A DNA stretch of 43,607 nt, taken from the NCBI GenBank assembly GCA_964448115.1, contig CAYUVA010000006.1, positions 1-43,607 of the forward strand, written 5' to 3'. The translations under genes and the position numbers were made by a program. The notes beneath the pieces were generated by a model that did no database searches, was not told the DNA's origin, and saw nothing but the letters and a program-made list of their open reading frames with translations. Shown here one piece after another: positions 29,001 to 37,774 of this stretch. How positions within the stretch are numbered: the stretch's first letter is position 1; every line of letters starts with the position of its first letter. This stretch comes from an uncultured bacterium. Its GTDB lineage: Bacteria; CAYUVA01.

Positions 29001-29395
29001 GTGAAATCAGCGAACTCGGCGGTATAAAGATTCACCGAGATCGAGCGATCATCGGCACCAAGGTTTTGCAGGAAACACTTATATTTCTCCCCCTCCACGG
29101 ACCATTGACCCACCTCGTCCTGTGGCTGCCACCCGGGGGCGCCAAGCGCGGTGAAGGAGTCCGCAACATAAGGAAGCCAGGTTATCCCCCCATCGCGACT
29201 GAACTGGAAGGTGGCTGAATTGACATCCAGACCAATGGTCGCATCCTGTACCGTAACCCCAACATCTGGGGTCTGATCGGTAGTGTACATCGGGTAGAAG
29301 TTGGAGAAGACGATCTCAGCATGCGCAGAGGCGAAAAACAAGAAGAGTAAACCGGTGCATACCCAAAGGACCGTTGCCAGATCGCAGCCTCTCAT
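26030..29395 (-). CDS. Secreted modular protein: DUF1080/LamG-like jelly-roll, Thr/Pro linker, FN3-like domain, two 'GYM(D/T)...WPYL' domains, Ig-like and PKD domains
   Basis: Signal peptide ending ASAHA. Motifs GVVFRY.....YY, WYHLKVE..G..I.CFVD and YFDNV; TPT linker; YFYRVKARN; WTSSLDG.LG.G (x2); PLTVQF...YSWNFGDG...NPQHTY. An alternative start is ATG 29410. Confidence 0.85.
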   Translation of the reverse strand: MRGCDLATVLWVCTGLLFLFFASAHAEIVFSNFYPMYTTDQTPDVGVTVQDATIGLDVNSATFQFSRDGGITWLPYVADSFTALGAPGWQPQDEVGQWSVEGEKYKCFLQNLGADDRSISVNLYTAEFADFTFEADVKGIAYQDDSAPHGVVFRYTNAQNYYYFYIRDRTNYCYLSRMHNGIKEELSSASVEITEDTWYHLKVEINGRSIRCFVDEALLIETTDEIHNYGKCGFIMFEESAEIQSRLAYFDNVVVNYVWKKADNCTGFPGTTNPQTITEAAVPFNQYSPDQNKIRFKIRNSNQQSAASDVYNVNISPAEHTSTPTSTPTLTPTWYIPDTATPTASPTGFVPYTETPTSTPTISPIPSSTPTHTPTFTGQASRTPTSTPTVTPSYVPDEPPSPPYLDPEPPFTKGISNLITWISVGPQDQVQYLAQCSRDYFQSIYKQSNWISSTGYKFDGLESGVEYFYRVKARNLAGESPYSNVESSIQDAELPFILAAGYMDTVITTQQGGLLQLCAVAYDSPPTSRIQSLELFYDQTSTGIFLRDDGQGGDAVANDMIYTFQANIPPGVPPMDILLTLQASDLVANRSAEWPYLTIFQSAQGQGSQVESLATSLEPAVPSWETEAARTTKGTYNPYAPIIKLAGYMTTHISQQSGGSFYLVAWVTDPQGVQDIRWVQVFLQGMPTGVYLYDNGTNGDFAAGDGFYTLFVQGIAPGIQPQSILLELQAIDSAGNTSQLWPYLSILEGGENRRPSAYITSPNDGEIFDSGSQVRIAGYGVDPEDGNLPPSNLSWTSSLDGFLGNGNELYKYLSDGDHVITLQVIDSQGAQGSDWVAITVGTPSPQDPVASASADPTSGQVPLTVQFYGSASGGTPPYSYSWNFGDGSATSTQQNPQHTYTSTGSFNAVLTVTDSTQRSDTDSLIITVTDTPNTPPTVNILQPNDGATFEYGQDITFIGEGNDAEDGALSGDSLVWRSNIDGEIGSGTSFSTSSLSANTHIITLTGTDSEGATDTDSISINIIITGNVQYHEVSYPAYGEVQSTVGLVNVRVGDKIKWEWYLYVGGNLEFYNSASDIFNQNYDQVEVWSKLTGMTSGQAGEVWIYFNDVEASSFRRTWEIE

Positions 29396-29435
29396 ATAGT
29401 CGTCTTCCATTGCATCGATAAAACCGGTTACCAGG

Positions 29436-29486
29436 CTCTCCCCTCCCTTAGCTCCCTCTCCCGGCTAGGGGGAGGGGCAGGGAGAG
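29436..29486 (+). repeat. REP-like palindromic element, copy 2
   Basis: CCCTCTCCC-GGCTA-GGGGGAGGG inner hairpin nested within CTCTCCC...GGGAGAG; intergenic. Confidence 0.6.
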
Positions 29487-29514
29487 TGGCTTAGCAGCCT
29501 CGCCAATTGCGCTA

Positions 29515-31314
29515 CTAGTAAAAATACAACGGAAAAACGCTAATGTCCAGAACCTCGCCTGAGTCCCTGTCCACCATGGCTGTGATAAGCTCGGAATCGA
29601 GGATGGGAAGCGGCGAGTCCAAGGAAAGCGTTAAAATGCTACCTCCCCAGGAGAACCTGGCTGGAAGCGTAAAATCGAAGTAAGCGACCTCGCTGCTGAA
29701 TGTCGGATAGGTCGGCTCCGCGCCCAAGAATAAATAATCATCTCCCACACGCATCGCTATATACAGCCTCGCCTCCCAGGTATATGCAGTTGGATTGTTT
29801 ATATATAAATGGAGGTTCATCACATCGCCCCAGGTATATAGCCCCTGGTCACCCCCAAGCTGTACCGTTGCGCCGTACTTGACGGGCAGTCCGCGCACCA
29901 CCTTGGAGTAGAAGCTCTCCGCCTCGGTAAAATCAAGAGCCGTTACAGTGAAATAGTAATCGGTGCCATTATTCAAGCCATGTACCGTATAGGGTGGCTC
30001 CGTGATGTTGGGGATCACATAATCATACCTGCCCCGCTGGGTGCCGTAGTAGATCTTGAAATTCTGCACCTCGTAAGGATTCTCATGCTCCCAGTCTAGG
30101 GTAACCGAACCGGCTCCAGGAATGGCAGAAACCTTTAACGGCGGATTTGGATGATAGGTCTTGGGGTAACGGTAGATCCCCTGCACAGTGGCAAATCCAC
30201 TCACTTGCTCATCCTTGTAGAATCCCTTGGCATAAGCGCTTCCCGACCAGCGAGAGAGATCAACATTCATATAAGAACCGACCATCTCTTGACCAGACAT
30301 CTCGGGGTAAATTACCAGGTATATACCCTCCGATGGGATATCTATCTCCCAGCCATTGCCGTAAACATTGAGCGTCTCATAGCTCGTATAGTGCCCTATC
30401 TCAGTAATGACTGGCTTTTGGGATTCAGGCAGCAAGCGCTGATCAATAAACTGGTAGCTTCCGTCTGGATATACGATATTCACTGCTGGCACATAGAAGG
30501 GAGTTACACCTTCACCCATTATACGCCAGGTCTGAAGCTGCACATCATTATTCAAGGTTACGGCGAACTGCTCGAAGTTTACCTTCAGCCCCAGGTCGCG
30601 AATGCTCTCGAAGATATTAGTCGCGTACCAGAGGCGATCGATGAACAGCCAGCCCTCGACCTCGTACTCGATGGAGTCGATCTTGATGGTTCCTCTGGCG
30701 TGAACCTTGGGATGGATATATCCCTTGGCGACCCGATCCCATGAGAACTCGACGCTCCCTTCCCAGCCAGTTGGCACCGGGTACTTCATGGAGGCTAGCT
30801 CCAGGTCAACGGTTACGCCATCGAAGTTGTTTACCAGGTGCACCTCGTACATAAAAGGACCGATCTCCCGCCAATAGGAGTCCTCAAAGACCAACTCCAG
30901 GCGTGAAGGGTTCATGTATGCATCATCGATGGTAGGTCCGGTGAACTTGCTATAGTGCTTCTCGGTATCGAACTCGGTAAGCCCGAAGTACATCATCTCC
31001 GGCATGTCCAAGCCGATGGAGCTTCCCTCAATATCGAGCCAGAGATACATAAGGTTGTAGAACTTGGCGGCTAATCCGAAGGTTCTCCCCTGGTCATCGT
31101 GCAGCACGCCGCCTAGATACCACCACTCTACCGTGCCTAGCAGGCTCTGCGCCGGGTGCACACCCTCATCGCCGGGGAAGGAGAGGATACCAGTGGTATA
31201 GGGATACTTCAGCCCATAAGGATTAGCCTTAAACTGCGCCACCGCAGGCACTATGATACAGAGCATCAAGAGGACCCCCAGATACCTTCTATCCAGTATT
31301 GTATTCATGGTCAT
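29515..31314 (-). CDS. Secreted AttH/CrtC-like lipocalin-fold protein with an FN3 domain and an unassigned ~120-aa C-terminal domain
   Basis: AGGAG RBS and signal peptide. FPGDEGVHP...EWWYLGGVL.D..GRTFG, GWLFIDRLW, and FN3 motifs VTLDW...FKIYYG...GLNNGTDYYFTVTA.D....ES.YS. Confidence 0.8.
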   Translation of the reverse strand: MTMNTILDRRYLGVLLMLCIIVPAVAQFKANPYGLKYPYTTGILSFPGDEGVHPAQSLLGTVEWWYLGGVLHDDQGRTFGLAAKFYNLMYLWLDIEGSSIGLDMPEMMYFGLTEFDTEKHYSKFTGPTIDDAYMNPSRLELVFEDSYWREIGPFMYEVHLVNNFDGVTVDLELASMKYPVPTGWEGSVEFSWDRVAKGYIHPKVHARGTIKIDSIEYEVEGWLFIDRLWYATNIFESIRDLGLKVNFEQFAVTLNNDVQLQTWRIMGEGVTPFYVPAVNIVYPDGSYQFIDQRLLPESQKPVITEIGHYTSYETLNVYGNGWEIDIPSEGIYLVIYPEMSGQEMVGSYMNVDLSRWSGSAYAKGFYKDEQVSGFATVQGIYRYPKTYHPNPPLKVSAIPGAGSVTLDWEHENPYEVQNFKIYYGTQRGRYDYVIPNITEPPYTVHGLNNGTDYYFTVTALDFTEAESFYSKVVRGLPVKYGATVQLGGDQGLYTWGDVMNLHLYINNPTAYTWEARLYIAMRVGDDYLFLGAEPTYPTFSSEVAYFDFTLPARFSWGGSILTLSLDSPLPILDSELITAMVDRDSGEVLDISVFPLYFY

Positions 31315-31360
31315 GTTCTCCTTATAAACAGTTCTAATTTTCCAACTATTATATTACTTT

Positions 31361-32371
31361 CTAACTTTTTAATAAAGGATTATATCGAGCGCAACCTACC
31401 GGTTCGGACTTGCAAAACCTCTTGTTTTTTTGTTCAAGCAATGTATTCCTCTCCCAGAAGTATCCATCAAAGTAACCTTGTATGGTCTTGTCGTGCTCAG
31501 CGATCTGAAGCCTCTTCTCAGCTAGGCAGCAGTATAGCTCATCAATCTCGATGCCGACATAGCGTCTTCTAAGCTTCTTTGCGACCACCGCAGTGGTGCC
31601 GGAGCCTAAAAATGGGTCGAATACGAGGTCGCCGGGGCGGGAGCTTGCCAGTATGATCTTTGCTAAAAGTTTCTCCGGCTTCTGGGTGGGATGCTCTGTA
31701 TTTTCAGGCATTGACCAGAAAGGGATAGTGATGTCGCTCCAGATATTTGAAGGATATGTAATCCGATAGTTCCCCTGCGTGGTCTCTTGCCAGTCCTTGG
31801 GAGCGCGATTCGCATCCCTGTAAGGGGCGAGCACTCGCCTCTTCATCTTTACCGCTTCGACATTAAAATAGTATTTATCGCTAAGCGTACAGAACCAGAT
31901 ATCCTCGGAGCAGTTCTTCCAGTTCGACTTCGCACCTCTCCCCTTTTCTCTTTCAAAGGTGATCCTGTTTTGTATGATAAAGTATCTTTTAAGCACATTG
32001 AATAATGCACCGGAAGATCTCCAATCTCCGCAGATATATAAAGAGGAGTACGGCTTCAATAAACGAACTAATTTCTTAATCCAGGAATCAAGCCATTTTT
32101 CATATTCACCTGAATCAATTCTCTTAAAGATATTCAAGTTGAACTTTTTATTTATGTTATAAGGTGGATCAACAAACAGCAGGTCAACGAAACCATCCGG
32201 CAATAAATCCAGGACTTGAAAGGTATCTTGATTTACTATTTTATTCTCGATATCTGATGCATTTACCGGCTTATTAATTTCAACGAGTTTCCTTTTTAAT
32301 CGAGAAAACTCTATCTCCTCCAAAAATATTGTTCTATTTCTTGGGGCTACCTGTTTTGATCTTTTTTCCAT
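31361..32371 (-). CDS. Site-specific DNA methyltransferase (N4-C/N6-A, beta class), orphan
   Basis: The catalytic DPPY precedes HPTQKP and the SAM-binding FDPFLGSGTT. Confidence 0.93.
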   Translation of the reverse strand: MEKRSKQVAPRNRTIFLEEIEFSRLKRKLVEINKPVNASDIENKIVNQDTFQVLDLLPDGFVDLLFVDPPYNINKKFNLNIFKRIDSGEYEKWLDSWIKKLVRLLKPYSSLYICGDWRSSGALFNVLKRYFIIQNRITFEREKGRGAKSNWKNCSEDIWFCTLSDKYYFNVEAVKMKRRVLAPYRDANRAPKDWQETTQGNYRITYPSNIWSDITIPFWSMPENTEHPTQKPEKLLAKIILASSRPGDLVFDPFLGSGTTAVVAKKLRRRYVGIEIDELYCCLAEKRLQIAEHDKTIQGYFDGYFWERNTLLEQKNKRFCKSEPVGCARYNPLLKS

Positions 32372-32558
32372 GCTTGATTGGCTAATATTTATTTACCTTA
32401 CAAAGTCTATGTCCTTGGGGTGCTCATGTCAATAGTTGAGCAATGTTTTACCACTTGTATGCTTTGGGCACTCTTTTCAATTGTCTATTCTCCGTGTTCT
32501 TGTTACTAGTTTGTGATATACTCAAGCAATGTTAATCGATATTTAAAGAGGTGCAGCA

Positions 32559-34571
32559 ATGAACAACGGTTACATGGGCAAGGTACTGTGGATTGATCTG
32601 GGAAGTGGAAAGATCGAGTTCGAGGAGATCCCAGATGATATATATCGCAAGTATATCGGCGGATACGGGCTGGGAGCATACCTTATCTACCAAAAACATA
32701 AGGATAAGGGCATAATAGATCCCCTCGGCGAGGATAATATCCTCGGTTTCACCAGCGGACTGCTCACCGGCACCGGCTCCATGTTCAGCGGAAGATACAT
32801 GGCTTGTGGCAAATCACCCCTGACCGGCACCTGGGGAGACGCCAACTCCGGGGGGACTCTATCCCCTGCCATAAAGCGCTGCGGGGTCGATGCCATTTTC
32901 ATCGAGGGTATTTCTGATAAGCCTGTTTACCTTTATGTCAGCAGCGACCATGCTGAGATACGCGATGCCACCAGGTACTGGGGAATGGATGCGCTTCAGG
33001 TCGAGGATGCCCTGATTGCAGACCTTGGACAAAAGAAGCTCAATGTCGCAGCCATCGGTCCCGCCGGCGAGAAGCTCTCTCTCATCTCTGGCATCGTGAA
33101 TGACAAGGGTCGAATAGCAGCCCGCAGCGGCTTAGGAGCAGTTATGGGGAGCAAGAGACTTAAAGCCTTGGTTCTTGCAGGGGATACCAAGATCTCGGTT
33201 GCGGATCGAGGGCGAATGAAATCGATAACCGCACGATACACAAAGGCTTATAACAAGGTAACTCCGGCGCTTCCGACCTTGCTTAACCAGGTGCGCTGGG
33301 CGGGGTGGCTTCTGCGCAAGCTATTCTTCCAGCCCCGCACAGAGGCTATACTTTACCGCGAGATCCTCCGTAAATACGGCACCTGCGGCATCACCGCCTT
33401 CTCCGCGGAGAGCGGCGACTCCCCGGTCAAGAACTGGAAAGGGAGCGGAGTGGTCGATTTCCCCGTGGCCAAGAAGAGCCACAAGATCAGCGATCTAAAT
33501 GTCATAAAGTACGAGAAACGCAAGTATGGCTGCCATAGCTGCCCTTTGAACTGCGGGGGCATCGTATCCAACCCCCAGGGCAAATACAAGATCGAGGAAA
33601 CGCACAAGCCGGAATACGAGACTATATGCTCCTTTGGAACCCTGATGCTCAACGATGACATAGAGGCGATAATGCTGCTTAGCGACCTGTGTAACCGGGC
33701 TGGTATCGATACGATATCCACCGGCACCACCATTGCATGGGCTATGGAGTGCTTCGAGGAGGGGATCATAACCGAGCAAGATCTCGGCTTCAGAGCACCC
33801 TGGGGAGACGTGGAGGCTATATTCAAGCTGTTGGATATGATGGTAAAACGCGAGGGATTCGGCAACTTACTAGCCGATGGCGTCATGCGGGCTGCACATA
33901 AGGTCGGTAAGGGAAGCGAGCGTTTCGCCATCCACGCCGGCGGTCAGGAGCTTCCCATGCACGACCCACGATATGACCCCGGCTACGGCATCGCCTATGT
34001 TGCCGAGCCTACGCCGGGCAGACACACTATTGCATCAATAATCTATGCTGAGATGATGCGCCTGGAAAGGCAATTTAAAAATGTCAAAGGATTGACCCCT
34101 GTCTTCTTAAAATCATCCAAGTATCAACCCAAAGGCAAGGGTGAGCTTATGTCCGTGGTCAGCAGGTACAACCAGGTGGGCAACTGCGCCGGAATGTGCG
34201 TCTTTGCAGCCCATACCAGCCGACTACCCCTGATCGAGTGGATCAACGCTGCCACCGGCTGGGATATGGATGAGGAGGAGTTCATGCGCACCGGCGAGCG
34301 CATCGAGACATTGAGACACTGCTACAACGTGCAGCAGGGCATCGCTCCCCTGGACACGATGATGACACCTCGAGCACAGGGCGATCCACCGCTTGAGATG
34401 GGACCCCTTGCCGGGGTGAAGCTCGACATGATCAGTATGATTAAAGAGTTCTACTCGGTGTTCGACTGGGACTTCGAGACCGGCAAGCCATCAGTTGAGC
34501 GCCTCAGGGAGCTTGATCTCGACTGGTTGATCAAAGCAATGTATCCAACACTCACTCCCACTAAAAACTAA
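32559..34571 (+). CDS. Aldehyde ferredoxin oxidoreductase family protein (tungstopterin)
   Basis: GAGG RBS. Motifs GYMGKVL.IDL, KSPLTG, IGPAGE, AARSGLGAVMGSK.LKA, CHSCPLNC, PEYET, GIDTISTG and ELPMHDPR. Confidence 0.95.
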   Translation: MNNGYMGKVLWIDLGSGKIEFEEIPDDIYRKYIGGYGLGAYLIYQKHKDKGIIDPLGEDNILGFTSGLLTGTGSMFSGRYMACGKSPLTGTWGDANSGGTLSPAIKRCGVDAIFIEGISDKPVYLYVSSDHAEIRDATRYWGMDALQVEDALIADLGQKKLNVAAIGPAGEKLSLISGIVNDKGRIAARSGLGAVMGSKRLKALVLAGDTKISVADRGRMKSITARYTKAYNKVTPALPTLLNQVRWAGWLLRKLFFQPRTEAILYREILRKYGTCGITAFSAESGDSPVKNWKGSGVVDFPVAKKSHKISDLNVIKYEKRKYGCHSCPLNCGGIVSNPQGKYKIEETHKPEYETICSFGTLMLNDDIEAIMLLSDLCNRAGIDTISTGTTIAWAMECFEEGIITEQDLGFRAPWGDVEAIFKLLDMMVKREGFGNLLADGVMRAAHKVGKGSERFAIHAGGQELPMHDPRYDPGYGIAYVAEPTPGRHTIASIIYAEMMRLERQFKNVKGLTPVFLKSSKYQPKGKGELMSVVSRYNQVGNCAGMCVFAAHTSRLPLIEWINAATGWDMDEEEFMRTGERIETLRHCYNVQQGIAPLDTMMTPRAQGDPPLEMGPLAGVKLDMISMIKEFYSVFDWDFETGKPSVERLRELDLDWLIKAMYPTLTPTKN

Positions 34572-34592
34572 AGACTAAAGACTGTATAATTC

Positions 34593-35828
34593 ATGAGATT
34601 CGAGCCATTCATCGCCCTGAGGTACCTTAAAGCCAAGCGCAAGCAGACCATCATCTCCATCATCACTGCTATCTCTATCCTGGGCGTATTTATAGGCGTT
34701 GCAGCCTTGATCATAGTGCTTGCGGTGATGAGCGGTTTTGCTACCGATCTCAGGGACAAGATCCTAGGGGCTAATTCGCACCTGGTGGTATATGATCGCG
34801 GATTCGGAGATATCATCGACTATGGCGAGCTTATTGGAGAGATCGAGCAGGTGGATGGCGTGGTTGCTGCTGCACCATTTATTTATCGAAAGGCGATGAT
34901 GCGCTCCGGGTCCTCGGCTGATGGAATACTGATCAAGGGGATAACACCGCGATACTCTTTCAAGGTGCTTGACCTACCCGGCGAGATAATCGAGGGGGAT
35001 CTATCAGCGCTCGATGAGCCTTTATCCGATGATGAACCACCGCCGGTGGTCGTTGGTGCCGAGATGGCAATGATGCACGGCATCAGCATTGGTAGCACAA
35101 TCAAGATTATCTCCCCATTCGGAACGGTTACCCCGGCTGGATATGCGCCTAAGCTTAAGGAGTTCAAGGTAGTGGGCATCTTCAGGTCCGGCATGTACGA
35201 GTACGATACCACCTGGGTTTATACCAGCATCGAGGCTGCCCAGGATTTCTTCGAGCTGAACAACACCGTCTCCGGAATCGAGATAAAGGTCAATGACATA
35301 TACAAGGCAAAAAAGATCGGCGACCGCATATTGGATAAGATTAGCTATAAGTATGTAACCCGCGACTGGATGGAGATGAATCGCCCATTTTTCTCCGCGC
35401 TCAAGCTCGAAAAGATCGCCATGTTCATCATATTGCTGCTTATAATCCTGGTGGCAGCATTCGGGATAATTAGTTCCCAGATCATGATGGTGATGGAGAA
35501 ATACAAGGACATCGGCATATTGAAGGCAATGGGAGCGACCAATAAGAGCATAATGAAGATATTCCTCTACCAGGGGCTGCTGATCGGGATTGTGGGCACA
35601 TCCAGCGGCATGGCGGTTGGCATCCCCCTCTGCCTGCTGGCCGATAAGTATCGATGGATCTCGCTTCAGACTGATGTTTACTATATCTCGCACCTACCGT
35701 TTCTTATCAATCCGCTTGAGGTTTTCATCATCGCTGCCTCTGCAATCATCATCTCGTTTGTAGCCACCATATACCCTGCCTGGCAGGCAAGCAGGCTCAA
35801 CCCGGTGGAGGCGATACGCTATGAGTGA
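34593..35828 (+). CDS. Lipoprotein-releasing ABC transporter permease (LolC/E family)
   Basis: Motifs FIALRYL, GVAALIIVLAVMSGF, ALKLEK, DIGILKAMGA, VYYISHLP and ATIYPAWQASRLNPVEAIRYE. Confidence 0.95.
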   Translation: MRFEPFIALRYLKAKRKQTIISIITAISILGVFIGVAALIIVLAVMSGFATDLRDKILGANSHLVVYDRGFGDIIDYGELIGEIEQVDGVVAAAPFIYRKAMMRSGSSADGILIKGITPRYSFKVLDLPGEIIEGDLSALDEPLSDDEPPPVVVGAEMAMMHGISIGSTIKIISPFGTVTPAGYAPKLKEFKVVGIFRSGMYEYDTTWVYTSIEAAQDFFELNNTVSGIEIKVNDIYKAKKIGDRILDKISYKYVTRDWMEMNRPFFSALKLEKIAMFIILLLIILVAAFGIISSQIMMVMEKYKDIGILKAMGATNKSIMKIFLYQGLLIGIVGTSSGMAVGIPLCLLADKYRWISLQTDVYYISHLPFLINPLEVFIIAASAIIISFVATIYPAWQASRLNPVEAIRYE

Positions 35829-36507
35829 TCTGGTTATGGAAGCCAGAGAGCTCCACAAGAGCTTCACCTTGGGTCCGGTGACTATCAAGGTGCTAAAGGG
35901 GCTAGATCTTGGGGTCGCATCTGGCGAGATGGTGGCTGTGGTCGGCGCTTCGGGAGTTGGAAAAAGCACCCTGCTCCATATCCTCGGCTCGCTCGATAAG
36001 CCGACATCGGGGGAGGTGCTCTTCAAGGGGGAATCGATAATCGGCATTGAAAATAGTCGGCTGGCGGGCTTCCGTAACCGAAACATCGGCTTTGTCTTCC
36101 AGTTCCACCACCTGCTCCACGAGTTCACCGCGCTGGAGAATGTGATGATGCCAGCGCTGATCAGTGGCGAAACCAAAGAACAGGCAATGAAAAAAGCCAC
36201 CCAGATACTCGAAGCGGTCGGGCTTGGGCAAAGGCTGACACATAAGCCGACCGAACTATCCGGCGGTGAGCAGCAACGAGTGGCGGTAGCCCGCGCCCTG
36301 GTCAACCAACCATCCTTGCTTTTGGCTGATGAGCCGACCGGCAACCTGGACATAGACACCGGCGCCTCGGTGCATCGATTGCTGATCGAGCTGAACAGCC
36401 GTCTTGGAGTCGCAATGGTTATTGCCACCCATAATCCAGAGCTGGCAAATATCTGCCACCGAGTCCTGCGACTGGTTAACGGCAAACTTGAGCAAACAGG
36501 TCGATAA
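35821..36507 (+). CDS. lolD: Lipoprotein-releasing ABC transporter ATP-binding protein
   Basis: Motifs GASGVGKST, IGFVFQFHHLL.EFTALENVMMP, LSGGEQQRVA and ADEPTGNLD; overlaps the end of the LolC/E gene. Confidence 0.92.
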   Translation: MSDLVMEARELHKSFTLGPVTIKVLKGLDLGVASGEMVAVVGASGVGKSTLLHILGSLDKPTSGEVLFKGESIIGIENSRLAGFRNRNIGFVFQFHHLLHEFTALENVMMPALISGETKEQAMKKATQILEAVGLGQRLTHKPTELSGGEQQRVAVARALVNQPSLLLADEPTGNLDIDTGASVHRLLIELNSRLGVAMVIATHNPELANICHRVLRLVNGKLEQTGR

Positions 36508-36530
36508 AGTGATATCATGTTACTATCGTA

Positions 36531-37742
36531 ATGGCGCGATTGGAGCTTAATGAACTGCTGATCATCGCCGATGACCTCACCGGCGCTATGGATGTTGGCG
36601 CCGAGTTCATGGCTTGCTGCGACAAGATCATCGTAAAGGTCGATGGGTTGGAGCTTCACGATGTCGCTGGCGCGCTTATTATCAATAACTCAAACACGCG
36701 TAGGGCTTCACCGGGCGAGGCAATAAAACGCATCGACAGCCTCTTTAGTACTATGAAAGCCAAGCCGAAGGTTATACTCAAGAAGATAGACTCCGCATTT
36801 CGAGGTAACATTGGCGAGGAGTCATCGGTAATGATGAAGGCGCTTGATATCCCGATCGCCTTTTGCATCCCTTCCATGCCTGACTGGGGGCGCTATACCA
36901 TTCATGGCGGGCAGTATGTTGGTAACAAGCCGATAACCGAACTTTACAAGCAGGATGCTGTCGGCGAGGAGATTCGATCTCACCTGGCAGCAGATAACAT
37001 AAGGCTGGATGACAACACGCGGCTCATTGCCAGCGACCTACAGAATCTACATAAGATCGCCCATAGCTTCAGATACGAGCCAGGGGGCGGAAGGCGCCTG
37101 TTCGTGGTGCTGGATAGCAGAAGCCACAACCAGATTGTCCAACTCCTGGAATCTATATTCACCTGTTTCCCCCTTGCTTGCTATCTGTTACTCGGCTCTC
37201 AGGGGCTGGCAAAGGGACTGGCGAGCTTCTATCCAGATGTAAAGCAGCGCCATGTTCACCTTGAAACCATGGATAAAAGCAAGCCGGTGCTGGTAATCAA
37301 CGGCTCACTGACCGATACTGCCAAGCGCCAAATTATGAGACTATTAGCTGAAACTTGCTGCTGTAATATTTGCTCGCCGAGCGCAATAAACCATAATGGC
37401 TTCAAACTCTCTCCGATTACTGTTCTTAGCTCTACCGCAGTAAATGGTACTGCCAATTGCATAAAGAGCAGCAATTACAATGCATTCTGTGTCAATGCAG
37501 CCGGTATCATCGAGCAAACCGATTCCAGGCGCATTGCTATCATCGGCGGCGATACTGCCTGTAAAATATGCCGGCTGCTGGGGATCCATACCCTTGAGCT
37601 TAGATACCAGGTAGCGCCGCTGGTCGAGGTTGCGCTTGCCAAAGCCAGAGGAGGCAAAGAGTACATCATCGCTACCAAGGGCGGAACCATCGGAAATGAA
37701 GATACTATTAAGGATATGGTGAGAGCCTTGCGCAGCCTTTGA
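36531..37742 (+). CDS. Four-carbon acid sugar kinase family (DUF1537; DtnK/DenK/OtnK-like)
   Basis: Motifs IIADDLTGA, KKIDS.FRGN, GGDTA and TKGG.IG; adjacent to a PdxA-like gene. Confidence 0.88.
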   Translation: MARLELNELLIIADDLTGAMDVGAEFMACCDKIIVKVDGLELHDVAGALIINNSNTRRASPGEAIKRIDSLFSTMKAKPKVILKKIDSAFRGNIGEESSVMMKALDIPIAFCIPSMPDWGRYTIHGGQYVGNKPITELYKQDAVGEEIRSHLAADNIRLDDNTRLIASDLQNLHKIAHSFRYEPGGGRRLFVVLDSRSHNQIVQLLESIFTCFPLACYLLLGSQGLAKGLASFYPDVKQRHVHLETMDKSKPVLVINGSLTDTAKRQIMRLLAETCCCNICSPSAINHNGFKLSPITVLSSTAVNGTANCIKSSNYNAFCVNAAGIIEQTDSRRIAIIGGDTACKICRLLGIHTLELRYQVAPLVEVALAKARGGKEYIIATKGGTIGNEDTIKDMVRALRSL

Positions 37743-37774
37743 ACAACGATTCTGCAAATTATACAGGAGAAAAA

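Noticed and set aside
34560-34583. Heptamer tandem ACTAAA(A/G) x3 across the AOR stop
   Set aside because: Too short to support any function; it is probably local slippage.
35022-36659. Long antisense ORFs (223 and 321 aa) opposite lolC/E-lolD, and 27209-28039 opposite the PKD protein
   Set aside because: They fully overlap well-supported genes and have no recognisable motifs.
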